A stretch of DNA of 64,000 nucleotides from contig CAXHJY010000184.1 in assembly GCA_964016885.1 (NCBI GenBank), positions 692,770-756,769 of the forward strand, read 5' to 3'. The position numbers and the translations under genes were made by a program. Position 1 is the first letter of the stretch. Each line of letters begins with the position of its first letter. Of this stretch, positions 1-11,989 are shown piece after piece. The notes under the pieces are model-generated. The model did not search any database and was not told the origin of the DNA. It was given only the letters and a program-made list of their open reading frames with translations. This DNA comes from Eledone cirrhosa (lineage: Eukaryota).

Positions 1-1733
1 CCTGCACTTTTTTATACAGCTGTCGTCTTTCATGCGCATCATGTGACCATACCAACGTAGTCTTCTCTCGAGTAAACAACATCTGATCCCTCTTATTTCT
101 AATTTTTCCCTTAGTTCATTTATGCTTTGCCGTTCACGTATATTACTATTACACATCCAGCGGAGCATGCAAGCTTCGTTTCTCTCCAGTCTGCGTATAT
201 CCTCTGCACACAATGCCCAGGTCTCACTGCCATGTAACATTGCTGTTCGTATGCAGGCATCATACAGCCTGCCTTTCATTTTTAGAGAGAACCCTTTAGC
301 GGCCAATAGTGGTATAAGCTCTCTGAACTTTTTCCATCCCGTTCTGACTCTAGCTACTGTACTTTCAGAGCACCCTCCCCGACTGCTGATTTTGTCACCC
401 AGGTAACGGAAGCTGTCCACTATTTCTATAGAACCATCTGTGCAATGGAATGAGCTAGTATTCTGTGGGCACTTGCTGCTACTTATTGCACCAGAGCACC
501 GGCCACATATAAAATCTATATTCTTAGTTAGTGATCCCACTACATCTTTTATGTACCCATACTTTGCATTTGGGACATAAAATGGAGTTTCTACCTACTC
601 CTTTCCTACACACTGAGCATGGCCATTTCCCAGATGGGACCGGCGCCCTATTTTCCTTCCTACAAACTAGAACTATAGTCTTAGACAAGTTAACTTTAAG
701 GCCTTTTGATTCTAGGCCATGCTTCCATGTTTGGCTGAACTAGAGAAGAAATTCCATTGATTCAGCTATGAGCATTAGATCATCTGCGTATAGGAGTTTC
801 CATGGGCAGCCGGTCTTGAACTCCTCTGTTATAGCCTGAAGGGCAATAATAAATAGTAGGGGGCTAAGAACGGAGCCCTGATGAACACCAACTTTTACAC
901 TAAACTCTTCACTATATTCGTTAATTCTAACCTTGCTGACTGTTTCTTTATACATGGCTTGTATAGCTCTCACAAGCCATTCATCAACACCTAGTTTTCT
1001 AAGAGCCCACCAGATAATGGAGCGGAGGACTCTGTGAAAGGCTTTCTCCAAGTCAACAAAAGCTAAGTATAGGGGTTTACTTTTAGCTAGGTACTTCTCC
1101 TGTAGTTGTCGTACAATGAAAAGAGCGTCTGTGGTACTTTTGCCTGACACAAACCCGAACTGCATTTCATCTAGATCAATTCTCTCTCTGATTAGTTGCG
1201 CTATTACTTTTTCCGTGACCTTCATGACCTGGTCGATTAATTTAATGCCTCTATAGTTACCCCTATCTAGGGCATCTCCTTTACCCTTATAACAGTTAAC
1301 GATGATGCTGCTACGCCAGTCCTTCGGAACAACCCCATTCTTTACGACTTGGTTAACTATCCGGGTGACCATGGTGTGTCCCACCGTACCAGATGCCTTC
1401 AGCATCTCGGCAACTATTTCCGAAGGTCCAGCCGCCTTACCCGTCTTCATATCTTTGATTGCCTTATTATACTACCCTCGACTAACACTGCTGGTCCCTC
1501 TATTGGGTCGATGTGGGGGGAGACTGTCTTTCTCCCATTTATTCTCCTCATTTAGTAGCCTTTAATAGAGACACTTCCAAGCTACCTTCTTATCAGCATC
1601 AGTGATGGCAAGTACGCCGTCATCGTTAAGTACACACCTCTCCCCGACAATATCACGGTTTTCTTTGACACATTGCCTAGCAATACTGAACACCTCACGT
1701 TTTTGGTCCTCGCGTTGTAGAACATGCTTGAAC
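1..1733 (-). mobile_element. RTE-clade LINE fragment (family A), 5'-truncated, runs off the left edge; decayed RT
   Basis: ORF 740-1450(-) has RT motifs (KAAGPS, NYRGIKL, QFGFV, FVDLEKAF, GVHQGSVLSPLLF, YADD). Downstream frames carry a Cys-rich finger and the MLHGSETW and RLRWYGHMMRM segments. Closely similar to the copy at 60409-63226. Ends at a (CA)/(TA) microsatellite at ~1734. Confidence 0.93.
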
Positions 1734-2042
1734 ACACACAGTATATATATATATACAGTATATATATATATACACACACACACAGTGTACCCCCCAGCAT
1801 TCACGCTCCCGGTTATTCACAGAATGTCCCTTAGAACCTAACTAATAATTGGAAACCACTGTATATTCACAGAATTGTAAATATGTTCCGCAATCTTTTT
1901 TAATGGCTTTTTCAGGGCAATATATTTTTTTTAACACTAAATTAATAATATACCATATTTGCTGGCCTACTGGACGCCCCTTTGTATAAGACGCTACCTC
2001 TTTTTTAAAAATTATATTTTTACATTTACAAATGTGTGCGTA

Positions 2043-2376
2043 TCATCATTATCATCATCATTTCATTTTACGTCCGCTTTTCCCTGCTTGCAAGGGTGGG
2101 ACGGGAACTGATTCTGGCTTGATTTCTACAGCTGGATGCCCTTCCTAACACCAACCTCATTTACAGTGAGTGCTGGGTGCTTTTTTGCCGTGGCACCTCC
2201 ACGACCACTTTACAGTGGAATGATAGGGTCCCCAGTCCCTATCATCTCATTTCTACAGCTGAGTAAACTGGAGCAATGTGAAATAAAGTGTCTTGCTCAA
2301 GGAAACAACACATCACCCGGTCTGAGAATTGAACTCACAACCTTTCGATGCTCTAACCAGTAAGCCATGTGCCTCC
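2043..2376 (-). mobile_element. tRNA-derived CORE-type SINE with RTE-derived 3' tail
   Basis: Minus strand has a tRNA-like head (GGAGGCACATGGCTTACTGGTTAGAG...GAGTTCAATTCTC) and a CORE-like segment (TCCTTGAGCAAGACACTTTATTTCACATTGCTCCAG). The tail matches the RTE 3' UTR at 5916-6003 and ends in (GAT)n. Near-identical + strand copy at 49578-49891. Confidence 0.85.
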
Positions 2377-2759
2377 ATATTAAATAGTTAAAGATGACAC
2401 TCAATCACATGACACAAGCAGCTTTGTGCTGATGTTTCCCTACTAATAATTTTAGACACACGCCAACACACTTGTAGTACTACCACAAGTGATGGCGAGG
2501 CTAAAGAACAGGAATAACCAAGTACTCTTACAGGCATCACCTGATATGTTGGTAATGCAAGCCACTAACGAGGACAAGAACTTCATTATCAATAGGTCTA
2601 GCTCTGCATTGAAACAGAGCAAGCTGTGTTTGACATTATTCATAAAACAAATCTCTTTTTAAACTGTCCTATATTCAAATGACAGTAAACTGTTTATAAA
2701 CACAGGACATATGACAGGAAATACATATGTAGTCTATTACTCCTCTTCCTATCACTTAG

Positions 2760-3215
2760 ACTGGCATCCTGTCCAGTGGGGGAGAGTCTTGTACTCTGTC
2801 ACTTAACACCACAGAAACTGGAATAATCACCGGTCTGATGAAACTATGGGCTCGAGACAGACTTTAACCCTATGATGGACTGGTGTCCTGCCCAGGAGTT
2901 ATTCTTGTAACTCCTGTCACTTAACACCAATGAAACTAAGACTTTAACCCTATGATGGACTGGTGTCCTGTCCAGGGGTAGTCTTGTACCCCCTGTCACT
3001 TAACACCAATGAAACTAAGACTTTAACCCTATGATGGACTGGTGTCCTGTCCAGGGGGTAGTCTTGTACCCCCTGTCACTTAACACCAATGAAACTAAGA
3101 CTTTAACCCTATGATGGACTGGTGTCCTGTCCAGGGGGGGGGGGGGTCTTGTACTGTCACTTCATGCCACAAAAACCGGGATAAGTACTGGCCTGATGAG
3201 TCTCTTAGAGACTCC
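2760..3215 (+). repeat. ~80-bp tandem repeat (~4 copies) derived from a SINE 3' segment
   Basis: Unit ACTTTAACCCTATGATGGACTGGTGTCCTGTCCAGGGG...TAACACCAATGAAACTAAG starts at 2861, 2941, 3020 and 3100. It matches the tail of the SINE at 28040-28310. Confidence 0.8.
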
Positions 3216-3348
3216 TCATCACTACATACACATCATCCTGGTCTGGTCCCTTCCTATTTTCATTGCTGAAGGTTAGGGACCATAAACAACTACATCAAAT
3301 CTCATCTATATGATGCTGTATGGCCATGATTCTTATCAGAGAAAAATG

Positions 3349-3468
3349 TGACGTCAGTGGATCCTAAATCATCTTCTGATCAATACTCAGAAGCTGGTTA
3401 TCAAACTGCAGCTCATCTGCCTTCAGAAGAGTGAGGTCATTGGCCACTTGAAATGTTACCATGGTAAC
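3349..3468. promoter_or_regulatory. Candidate regulatory module: CRE palindrome plus perfect RFX X-box
   Basis: TGACGTCA at 3349-3356 and the 14-bp palindrome GTTACCATGGTAAC at 3455-3468, in non-repetitive sequence. Motif match only. Confidence 0.3.
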
Positions 3469-4605
3469 TAAGGAGTCCCATCTACACCTGTTTTCACAGA
3501 CATATTGCCAACTATGGCTAACAAACTATATTTTTGTTGTTTTTTTAATACACTATTGGCAATTTATGGTCATGTCAAGCTTCAGCTTGTCACTGGTACC
3601 ATGCCCTGGTCTGGTGACAAGATTAAATGGAAAGTGGAACTCCAGCAAAAAAACAAAACAAAAAAGCTGTTAAAGGGGCAGATAAAGTCCTCAGAGTCAA
3701 CAGCCATCCACCCCAACTATGAGCTAAATAGCCTCACTAACCCACAACTGACCAAGGGTGGTGAGTACAGCTACACCCCTGAAGACATGACCAAAACCCA
3801 ACAGAAAGTGGCGGAGGTCAACCAGGGTGGGGTTCCACCAACAGGAGAAGGCCTTGTATTGGATTAGAGTGGATGGTCATTGACTATCCTCAGTTACTCT
3901 ACTAATTACATCAAACTATTATATAACATATCTATCCCTCTTGTAACCACCAACGACCAATAGAAATCAAACAACCAAACAAACAAGCAAAACTGTCTAA
4001 ACCAAGACATTCCTCCAACAATAGTAGGTTCTTACCCCATTTACCAACGTAGGAGACTGGTCGCTTGAACTGCTAGAAATAGTAGCCAAAGTTTTTTAAT
4101 CACACCTTACTGTCTTCAAGGACACATCAGATATGTGCTCATAACTCTTAATGGAGCACCATAGTAATGTACAGCATTTCTCAGCCATTCTTTAAACCTA
4201 GTGGATATCATCTCTCCACATCTGAACACAGATTTCTTTCAGAGGAAAGTGATAGATTGGCACCCCAATACTTGACTGGTACTTTTTTTTATCAACCTCG
4301 AAAGGATGAAAGGTAATGTTGACCTCAGTGGGATTTGAACTCAGAGTGTAGAGAGCCGAAACCAATACCACAAAGCATTCTATTTCACGCTCTAATGACT
4401 GCCAATTCACTGCTTAATTTTAGGTATACTATGTCTGAAAAAAACACAAAGAAAAAAGACAAGATGGTCACAGCTTGACAGCCTTTGTTTAAGATCTGTT
4501 CTACCAGGGATGACCTATAATCACCAACACACACAACACATATTGGTACGCAAGATTGATTTTGACGTGGTCCATCTGACCAATATTGAACTAATGGGTT
4601 ATTAC

Positions 4606-4781
4606 CTCCATGTGGATGTTCTCTGGTAGGTTGGAACACATCAAAAGTCAACGTGGCTCCATCTTCCATCTTTATTTCCCGCCTCTCTTTCCAGTTGTCC
4701 ACATCTTTATTTCGACCGCGCACACCACACACCAACGTCTGGAGATGACCATTTTTACCCCATAGTAACAATGGGATGTAA
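4606..4781 (-). CDS. ABHD2: Internal exon (176 nt) of an ABHD2-like monoacylglycerol lipase / alpha-beta hydrolase
   Basis: Translation YIPLLLWGKNGHLQTLVCGVRGRNKDVDNWKERREIKMEDGATLTFDVFQPTREHPHG resembles vertebrate ABHD2 YIPPLIWGKSGHIQTALYGKMGR...RKFITMSDGATSTFDLFEP (recalled from memory). Bounded on the minus strand by an AT-rich acceptor tattacag| and a donor |gtaata. Neighbouring exons not identified in the window. Confidence 0.88.
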
Positions 4782-5014
4782 CTGTAATATAAAATGAAAT
4801 ATAATGCCATATAAAATCCAATATATATTAATAAAAGTAAATACAAATAAATAAAATCATTAATCCAACATTATGGACATTTGGTGAGAATGTCTCAGGA
4901 AAGAATCTCTGGACAGATTTTACGAGCAAAACCAACCGGCAGGAGTAGACCCCATGCAAGATGGATGAATAACATCCATGATCTTGGTGTATATATATAT
5001 ATATATATATATGT

Positions 5015-6104
5015 GTCAACCTGACAAAGACTAAGTTTCTTGTAAATAGACGAGAAAACAGAACACAGATCCTCTCAGGGAAATGGCCTTGCTCAGTATG
5101 TAGGAAAGGTGTAGGTAGGAACTCCATTCTCTGCCCCAAATGCAAACAATGGGTACACAAGAGATATAGCGGGATCTCAGGAAGCTTAATTAAGAATGTA
5201 GGCTTCACATGTAGCAGCTGTGCTGGGACAGCAAGCAGCAAACAGCCACAGGACACAAGTACCACCAATCTCTGGGAGGGCTCTGTAGAAACAGTAGACA
5301 GCTTCTGCTACCTAGGTGACCGACTTAGCAGTGGAGGTGGGTGTTCAGAAAGTACAATAACTAGGGTAAGAACGAGATGGGAAAAGTTCAGGGAGCTACT
5401 GCCACTGCTAGCTGCAAAAGGCTTCTCCCTCAAAATGAAAGGCAGACTGTATGATGCATGCATACGAACAGCAATGTTACATGGAGGTGAGACCTGGGCG
5501 CTGAACGTGGAAGACTTACGTAGATTAGAAAGAAACGAAGCCAGCATGCTCCGATGGATGTGTAATAGTAATATACGCGAACGGCAAAGCATAAAAGAAT
5601 TGAGAGAGACTGAGCATAAGAGGAATCAAATGCTGTGTGCAGGAGAGGCGGTTGCGTTGGTATGGACATGTGATATGTATGAAAGATGACAGTTGCATAA
5701 AAAGGTGCAGAGCACTAGATGTCAATGGAAACCACGGAGTGGGGAGACCCAAGAAGACCTGGGATGAGGTGATAAAAGCCGACCTTACCCAATTGCACCT
5801 CACAAAGGTGATGACACACGACCGTGACTTCTGGCGTCACGCAGTAATACAGAGTACCCCCCCCCCCCGGGTACAAACCGAAGCATATAGACAATATGCC
5901 CCACACCCTCCCACTGCAAAAAAGCACCCAGCACTCACTGTAAATGAGGTTGGTGTTAGGTAGGGCATCCAGCTGTAGAAATCAAGCCAGAATCAGTTCC
6001 CGTATGAGCAAGACAAGGTCAGCTGACCAGACACTGCCCACAACAGGACAACCCGTCTAACCCATGCTAGCATGGAAGAACGGACGTAAAACGGTGATGA
6101 TGAT
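5015..6104 (+). mobile_element. RTE LINE 3' fragment (family A, second subfamily) with intact 3' UTR, between (TA)n tracts
   Basis: Frames encode a Cys finger, [20 protein letters not shown] and [14 protein letters not shown]...GRPKKTW. Ends CGGACGTAAAACGGTGATGATGAT. (TA)n at 4990-5012 and 6104-6128. Confidence 0.9.
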
Positions 6105-6904
6105 ATATATATATATATATATATATATGTATCAGTGTCCTACAATGCCTCTATAACTCAACCAAGAATTACAGCTACACACACACAAATATACATACAC
6201 ACAAGTACATGTTCATACATACACGCACACACACACAACTATACATACACCCCATACATATGTACATGCACACATACATAAACAAATATATACACCCACA
6301 ACCATACACAGTACCTTACCCCCCACCCCGTGACAGAGACCAGTCAAGGCAAGACTAACTTTGATCATAAGTTGAGTTGTTGAGAGTTAACCTGCGACAT
6401 CAAATGAGATAAGGTCAGAAACTAGGACATATATGTCAGAGTTTCTAGGTTATCAACAAATATGTCATACAATGGCCCTCAGTAGTACCACTTTCACTGC
6501 TGGATTTATTGCATGTATAATCCCACCCCACCACCCCCATTTATCTCCTACACCACCACCACCACATGTCTGCTCCCACCCGCCACCACTACCCCATTTA
6601 TCTCCTCGTCAGACCCCTTATAATGGTAATGGGAAAAATGAAAGTTACGCACACACACACACATTTATAACCATATAGTTTACCCCCAGTCAAGGGCTAC
6701 ATTCAAATATGTAGCCCCCCCCCCCCTCCCAACCAAGACGGGCTACATACAAATAAGTAACCCCCCCCACCAGTATTATATTACATTATATTACATATAT
6801 TCAGTTGAATGTAGAACATTTTACATATCAATGAAAATGTCAAGAAATGAAAGAACAAAAAAAAAACATTTTTGAAATAAGTTATATTACCATGTACTTT
6901 TATA

Positions 6905-7384
6905 TGTGTGTAGAGATAGCTGTACTGGTGTGTTGTGTAAATATAGCTCTACTGTTGGGTTGTGTGTAGATATAGCTGTACTGTTGTGTTGTGTGTAGAT
7001 ATAGCTGTACTGTTGTGTTGTGTGTAGATATAGCTGTACTGTTGTGTTGTGTGTAGATATAGCTGTACTGTTGTGTTGTGTGTAGATATAGCTGTACTGT
7101 TGTGTTGTGTGTAGATATAGCTGTACTGTTGTGTTGTGTGTAGATATAGCTGTACTGTTGTGTTGTGTGTAGATATAGCTGTACTGTTGTGTTGTGTGTA
7201 GATATAGCTCTACTGTTGTGTTGTGTGTAGATATAGCTGTACTGTTGTGTTGTGTGTAGATATAGCTGTACTGTTGTGTTGTGTGTAGATATAGCTGTAC
7301 TGTTGTGTTGTGTGTAGATATAGCTGTACTGTTGTGTTGTGTGTAGATTAGGCTCTAATGTTGTGTTGTGTGTAGATATAGCTG
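6905..7384. repeat. 29-bp minisatellite (~16 copies)
   Basis: Unit GTACTGTTGTGTTGTGTGTAGATATAGCT. Confidence 0.92.
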
Positions 7385-8345
7385 GCCTGTGTCTGCCTGC
7401 CTGCCTGCCTGTCTGTGTGTGTGTCTGTGTGTGTGTGTGTCTGTGTGTGTGTACATTGATATAGCTCTACAGTTGTGTGTGTGCCGTGTGTGTAATTGTA
7501 TATCTGAAAGAAATGGTGTCGCTATGTGCTTTTGTGTCACCACCATCATCACTGTCTCATTTTACGTCCGTTTTCTATGCAAACTTGCAACCATACGACT
7601 GACTCCAATTGTCTAATGACTGAGCCACCTGCCTCCACTGTAAAGTGGTATTAGGAAGGACATCCATCTGTAGAAACAATGCCATGGATTGCAGTATATG
7701 AAAGACATGGGTTATATTGACTAGTGTAAGAGTTACGGGGGATTTAGCAGAAATATGGGGGCTGGCAGCATTACTTCGTGTGAAAAAGGGATCAATGACA
7801 GAAGCTGCTTCAGTGACATATGTCAGATCGTTATCGTCAGTTATTACCCTTCCAAATATGAAATGGGAAACCTAAATTTGTTCCAGGCATGAAACTGGGT
7901 TCAACCATGAAGAGGGCAGAGAGGTGAGAGGAATATAAGGAGCTGTGGTGCCTCAGACCACCACTCAGATGAGATGAAATTCGCTCACTTTGCCAGCCCT
8001 GCCATATTTTTTACTCTTATCCACCGGCATAAATCCGTGAAAACTCTTCCCCACCGACACAGACTTTGATAAGATCAGAAATTGTTTGGCCAACCTAAAG
8101 TTCACCTCCAGACATGTCTACACTTCATGCTAGTCCAACAAACTATTAAAGCCAACATCGCAAGCAACTCTATTGATATCTTTAACAATGATTAATTATG
8201 TCATTATGTTTATATATATTTACTGCCACAAGATAAATTTAGGTTTAACAGATCAAAAGATAGGCTGCTGTGTATTGTAACTAACCAACTAAAATATTTC
8301 CTGTTTATTAAAGAGAGTGTGTGAGCTAACAGTAATGTTATTAAC

Positions 8346-8939
8346 AAGCCACTAAAATGTAAGGGGTTACTGAGAAGAGAGGACAAGACAGAGGGAACAT
8401 AGTCCCTAGTAAGGCAATAAAGCCACTAAAATGTAAGGGGTTACTGAGAAGAGAGAAGGACAAGACAGAGGGAACATAGTCCCTAGTAAGGCAATAAAGC
8501 CACTAAAATGTAAGGGGTTACTGAGAAGAGAGAAGGACAAGACAGAGGGAACATAGTCCCTAGTAAGGCAATAAAGCCACTAAAATGTAAGGGGTTACTG
8601 AGAAGGGAGAAGGACAAGACAAAGGGAACATAGTCCCTAGTAAGGCAATAAATCCACTAAAATGTAAGGGGTTACTGAGAAGGGAGAAGGACAAGACAGA
8701 GGGAACATAGTCCCTAGTAAGGCAATAAAGCCACTAAAATGTAAGGGGTTACTGAGAAGGGAGAAGGACAAGACAGAGGGAACATAGTCCCTAGTAAGGC
8801 AATAAAGCCACTAAAATGTAAGGGGTTACTGAGAAGGGAGGACAAGACAGAGGGAACATAGTCCCTAGTAAGGCAATAAAACCACTAAAATATAAGGCGT
8901 TACTGAGAAGGGAGAAGGACAAGACAGAGGGAACATAGT
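8346..8939. repeat. 77-bp minisatellite (~8 copies)
   Basis: Unit AAAGCCACTAAAATGTAAGGGGTTACTGAGAAGGGAGAAGGACAAGACAGAGGGAACATAGTCCCTAGTAAGGCAAT. Confidence 0.92.
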
Positions 8940-8949
8940 TCAAAGAGCG

Positions 8950-9715
8950 AGAAGATGATTGATGTTGCTTTTGAATTGTTGCAAATTATAATTAAAGGTT
9001 AGGAAAGTAAGAAGTTGGAAGAGAGTTACATAGGTGAGATGTGAGAGGGGAGAAACTGGGAGAGAGTTACATAGGTGAGATGTGAGAGGGAAGAAACTGG
9101 GAGAGTTACATAGGTGAGATGTGAGAGGGGAGAAACTGGGAGAGAGTTACATAGGCGAGATGCGAGAGGGAGGAAACTGGGAGAGTTACATAGGTGAGAT
9201 GCGAGAGGGAGGAAACTGGGAGAGAGTTACATAGGTGAGATGTGAGAGGGAAGAAACTGGGAGAGATGTGAGAGGGAAGAAACTGGGAGAGATGTGAGAG
9301 GGAGGAAACTGGGGAAGAGTTACATAGGTGAGATGTGAGAGGGAGGAAACTGGGAGAGAGTTACGTAGGTGAGATGTGAGAGGGAAGAAACTGGGAGAAG
9401 ATAGTTACATAGGCGAGATGTGAGAGGGAGGAAACTGGGAGAGTTACATAGGTGAGATGTGAGAGGGAGGAAACTGGGAGAGTTACATAGGTGAGATGTG
9501 AGAGGGAGGAAACTGGGGGAGAGTTACATAGGTGAGATGTGAGAGGGAAGAAACTGGGAGAGTTACATAGGTGAGATGTGAGAGGGAGGAAATTGGGGGA
9601 GAGTTACATAGGTGAGATGTGAGAGGGGATAAAGTATCAAAAGAGAATATATCATTACATTTAGGAACATCAACTGTAAATAGGTGAGACCTAGTTGCTA
9701 GTCTGGTGTGTTTAA
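8950..9715 (-). mobile_element. CR1-group LINE 3' end with an internal ~40-bp tandem expansion
   Basis: Minus-strand translation HTRLATRSHLFTVDVPKC...LTSHLCNS resembles the ORF2 C-terminus (S.FP.T..LWNSLP...FK..IN) of CR1-group LINEs. Unit GAGAGTTACATAGGTGAGATGTGAGAGGGAGGAAACTGG repeats about 15 times. Confidence 0.6.
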
Positions 9716-10154
9716 ACTTGTGAAAATGAAGCAACAAAGAGATATCAGAACAATTCCCATGAAAACATTTATAAAAGTAAATGGAACTAAGTGGAATAAC
9801 TTAAGCCATCAAACAGACATCCATATATGTGTACGTATATATATGTACTCATGTATGTGTACGTATATGTGTACCCATGTGTACATCTACCCATGTCTAC
9901 ATGTGTGCATGTATACGAGTACCCATGCCCATGTATGCATGTCTGTATATATGCATGTATATGTGTACGTATACTGCCACGATACATAGAAATATACATA
10001 TAGATAATATATATATATATATATACACACACTATATACATATACAACACACACACACACACACACACACATTCAAAGTAGGAACAAAGTCTCAGGATTG
10101 CATCATATTTAAACTTTGTGTGTGTTTATGAGACGGTGCGAGAATGTTTATGAG

Positions 10155-10400
10155 ACTGTGTGTATGTGAATGTGATTGTGTGTGTGCACGTGAATGTGAT
10201 TGTGTGTGTGCACGTGAATGTGTGTGCGTGTGTGTGCACGTGAATGTGATTGTGTGTGTGTGCACGTGAATGTGATTGTGTGTGTGTGTGTGATTGTATG
10301 TGTGCACGTGAATGTGTGTGTGTGCACGTGAATGTGTGTGTGTGCACGTGAATGTGTGTGCACGTGAGTGAATGATTGTATGTGTGTGTATGTGAGTATG
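10155..10400. repeat. (TG)n-derived minisatellite carrying about 8 CACGTG motifs
   Basis: Repeated TGTGTGCACGTGAATG. Confidence 0.85.
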
Positions 10401-10914
10401 TGTGATTGTATGTAGGTAGGTGAAGGTGATGTCATCACCAAAATCTGAGTGGGATGTTCCATTAAATGTCTTCAGTTTTCTGTTATTAACAGACAGGTCT
10501 AAGGTGACCATGACACACATATGCTGTTAAATACAGAGTCATGCACATCACACATGATTTCTGTGAATGTTAGCTAACGATACAGAGAGAATAGAGAGGA
10601 GCACACTCAACAAAGAGGAGCAATGCCTGCCACATTACGTTTTCACTCCTCCTCCTGGCAAACCAATATATTTCACTTTTCAGTTGGTTTCTATGCACAC
10701 TTCAGAATGGTTGCTAAGCATCTGCACCCTGTACACTGACAGAACACACAGCTTTGTCAAGTAGCAAGTCAACAAATAGATTGGTAGTGAGGGAACCACT
10801 CGTCGTGATGGTGAAAAGGCAGGTGCTCCCTTGCTACGGTCACCTACCCTACCACATCTAAACCCATCCTTCAGGGAACAGTTGACAAACAGTGAATAAA
10901 ACTGCCTAAACTCT

Positions 10915-11195
10915 AAAATCTATCTTAAGCCCGGAGGTTCATCTGGCTGGTGTTTATCCCACTTTCCTTGGTATTAAACAACTGAGAGAACTAGACTTCC
11001 TCCCCCCTGGACTGGACACCAGTCCATCGTAGGATTAAACCTTCAGTTATTGCTGGTACTCATTTTCAGCTGAGTATACTGGAGCAATGTGAAATAAAGT
11101 GTTTTACTCAAGAACACAACACACGACTCGGTTCAGGAATCAAACCCACAACATTATGATCTTAAGTTCAACACTAACCACGAAGCCATGCACCT
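10915..11195 (-). mobile_element. CORE-type SINE, tail type B
   Basis: Same head and CORE as 2043-2376 (CAGCTGAGTATACTGGAGCAATGTGAAATAAAGTGT on +), but with the GATGGACTGGTGTCCAGTCCAGGGGGG-type tail. Confidence 0.7.
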
Positions 11196-11465
11196 TCAGA
11201 AGAAGGAGAGAGAAAATCCTGGTCGGATGACATCAAAAGCTGGATAAGTCACAGCACCACAACCCTTCTACGCATGACAGAGAATAGGGACCTGGGGTGA
11301 CTGCTGACTGCAAAAACCTTTACAGTGGCACCCCAATTACTGGCGAACTTGATGATATATACACTAATGGATTTGTGCCATTAATAATGATGGCAATAGT
11401 ATTAAACTTATCTAATTCTTGGAGTCTAAGATTTTTATGCCATTTATACCGAGATTAAAAAAACT

Positions 11466-11780
11466 GAGGCACTCCGTTGGTTACGACGATAAGTGTTCCT
11501 GTTGATACGATCAACAGAACAGCCTACTCATGAAATTAATGTGCAAGTGGCTGAGCATTCCACAGACACGTGTACCCTTAATGTAGTTCTCAGGGATATT
11601 CAGCATGACATAGAATGTGACAAGGCTGGCCTTTCGAATTACAGGTACAACACATTTTTGCCAGCTGGGTGGACGTGAGCAACATGAAATAAAGTGTCTT
11701 GCTCAAGGACACAACACACCGCCGGGAATCAAACCGACAACCATACAATTATGAGCTGAATACCCTAACCACAAAGCTAC
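11466..11780 (-). mobile_element. CORE-type SINE, tail type C
   Basis: Shares GAAATAAAGTGTCTTGCTCAAGGACACAAC and the tRNA head with the other CORE SINEs. Distinct body GTGCAAGTGGCTGAGCATTCCACAGACACGTGTACCCTTAA. Confidence 0.72.
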
Positions 11781-11989
11781 AGGATTACTGGGTATATGAA
11801 CAATGATACTGGAAAATTGTGTCTTGATATTTTAATGGCTTGCATAAGGGTTATTGAAACACAGTAACAATATATACCATCATCGTTTAATGTCTAGTTT
11901 CCAAGCCAACCCTGCTATTTTATCATCTGAGAACTGGGCAAAAAATCCAAACCTTATTTACAAGACAGAGAATATAATTGAAAGAGAGA

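Noticed and set aside
3340-3430. Possible + strand exon (KNVTSVDPKSSSDQYSEAGYQTAAHLPSE) between tatcag and gtgagg
   Set aside because: No recognisable homology, weak splice signals and no partner exons.
4385-4846. The whole 153-aa ORF as a gene
   Set aside because: Only 4606-4781 resembles ABHD2 and has splice sites; the flanks are intronic read-through.
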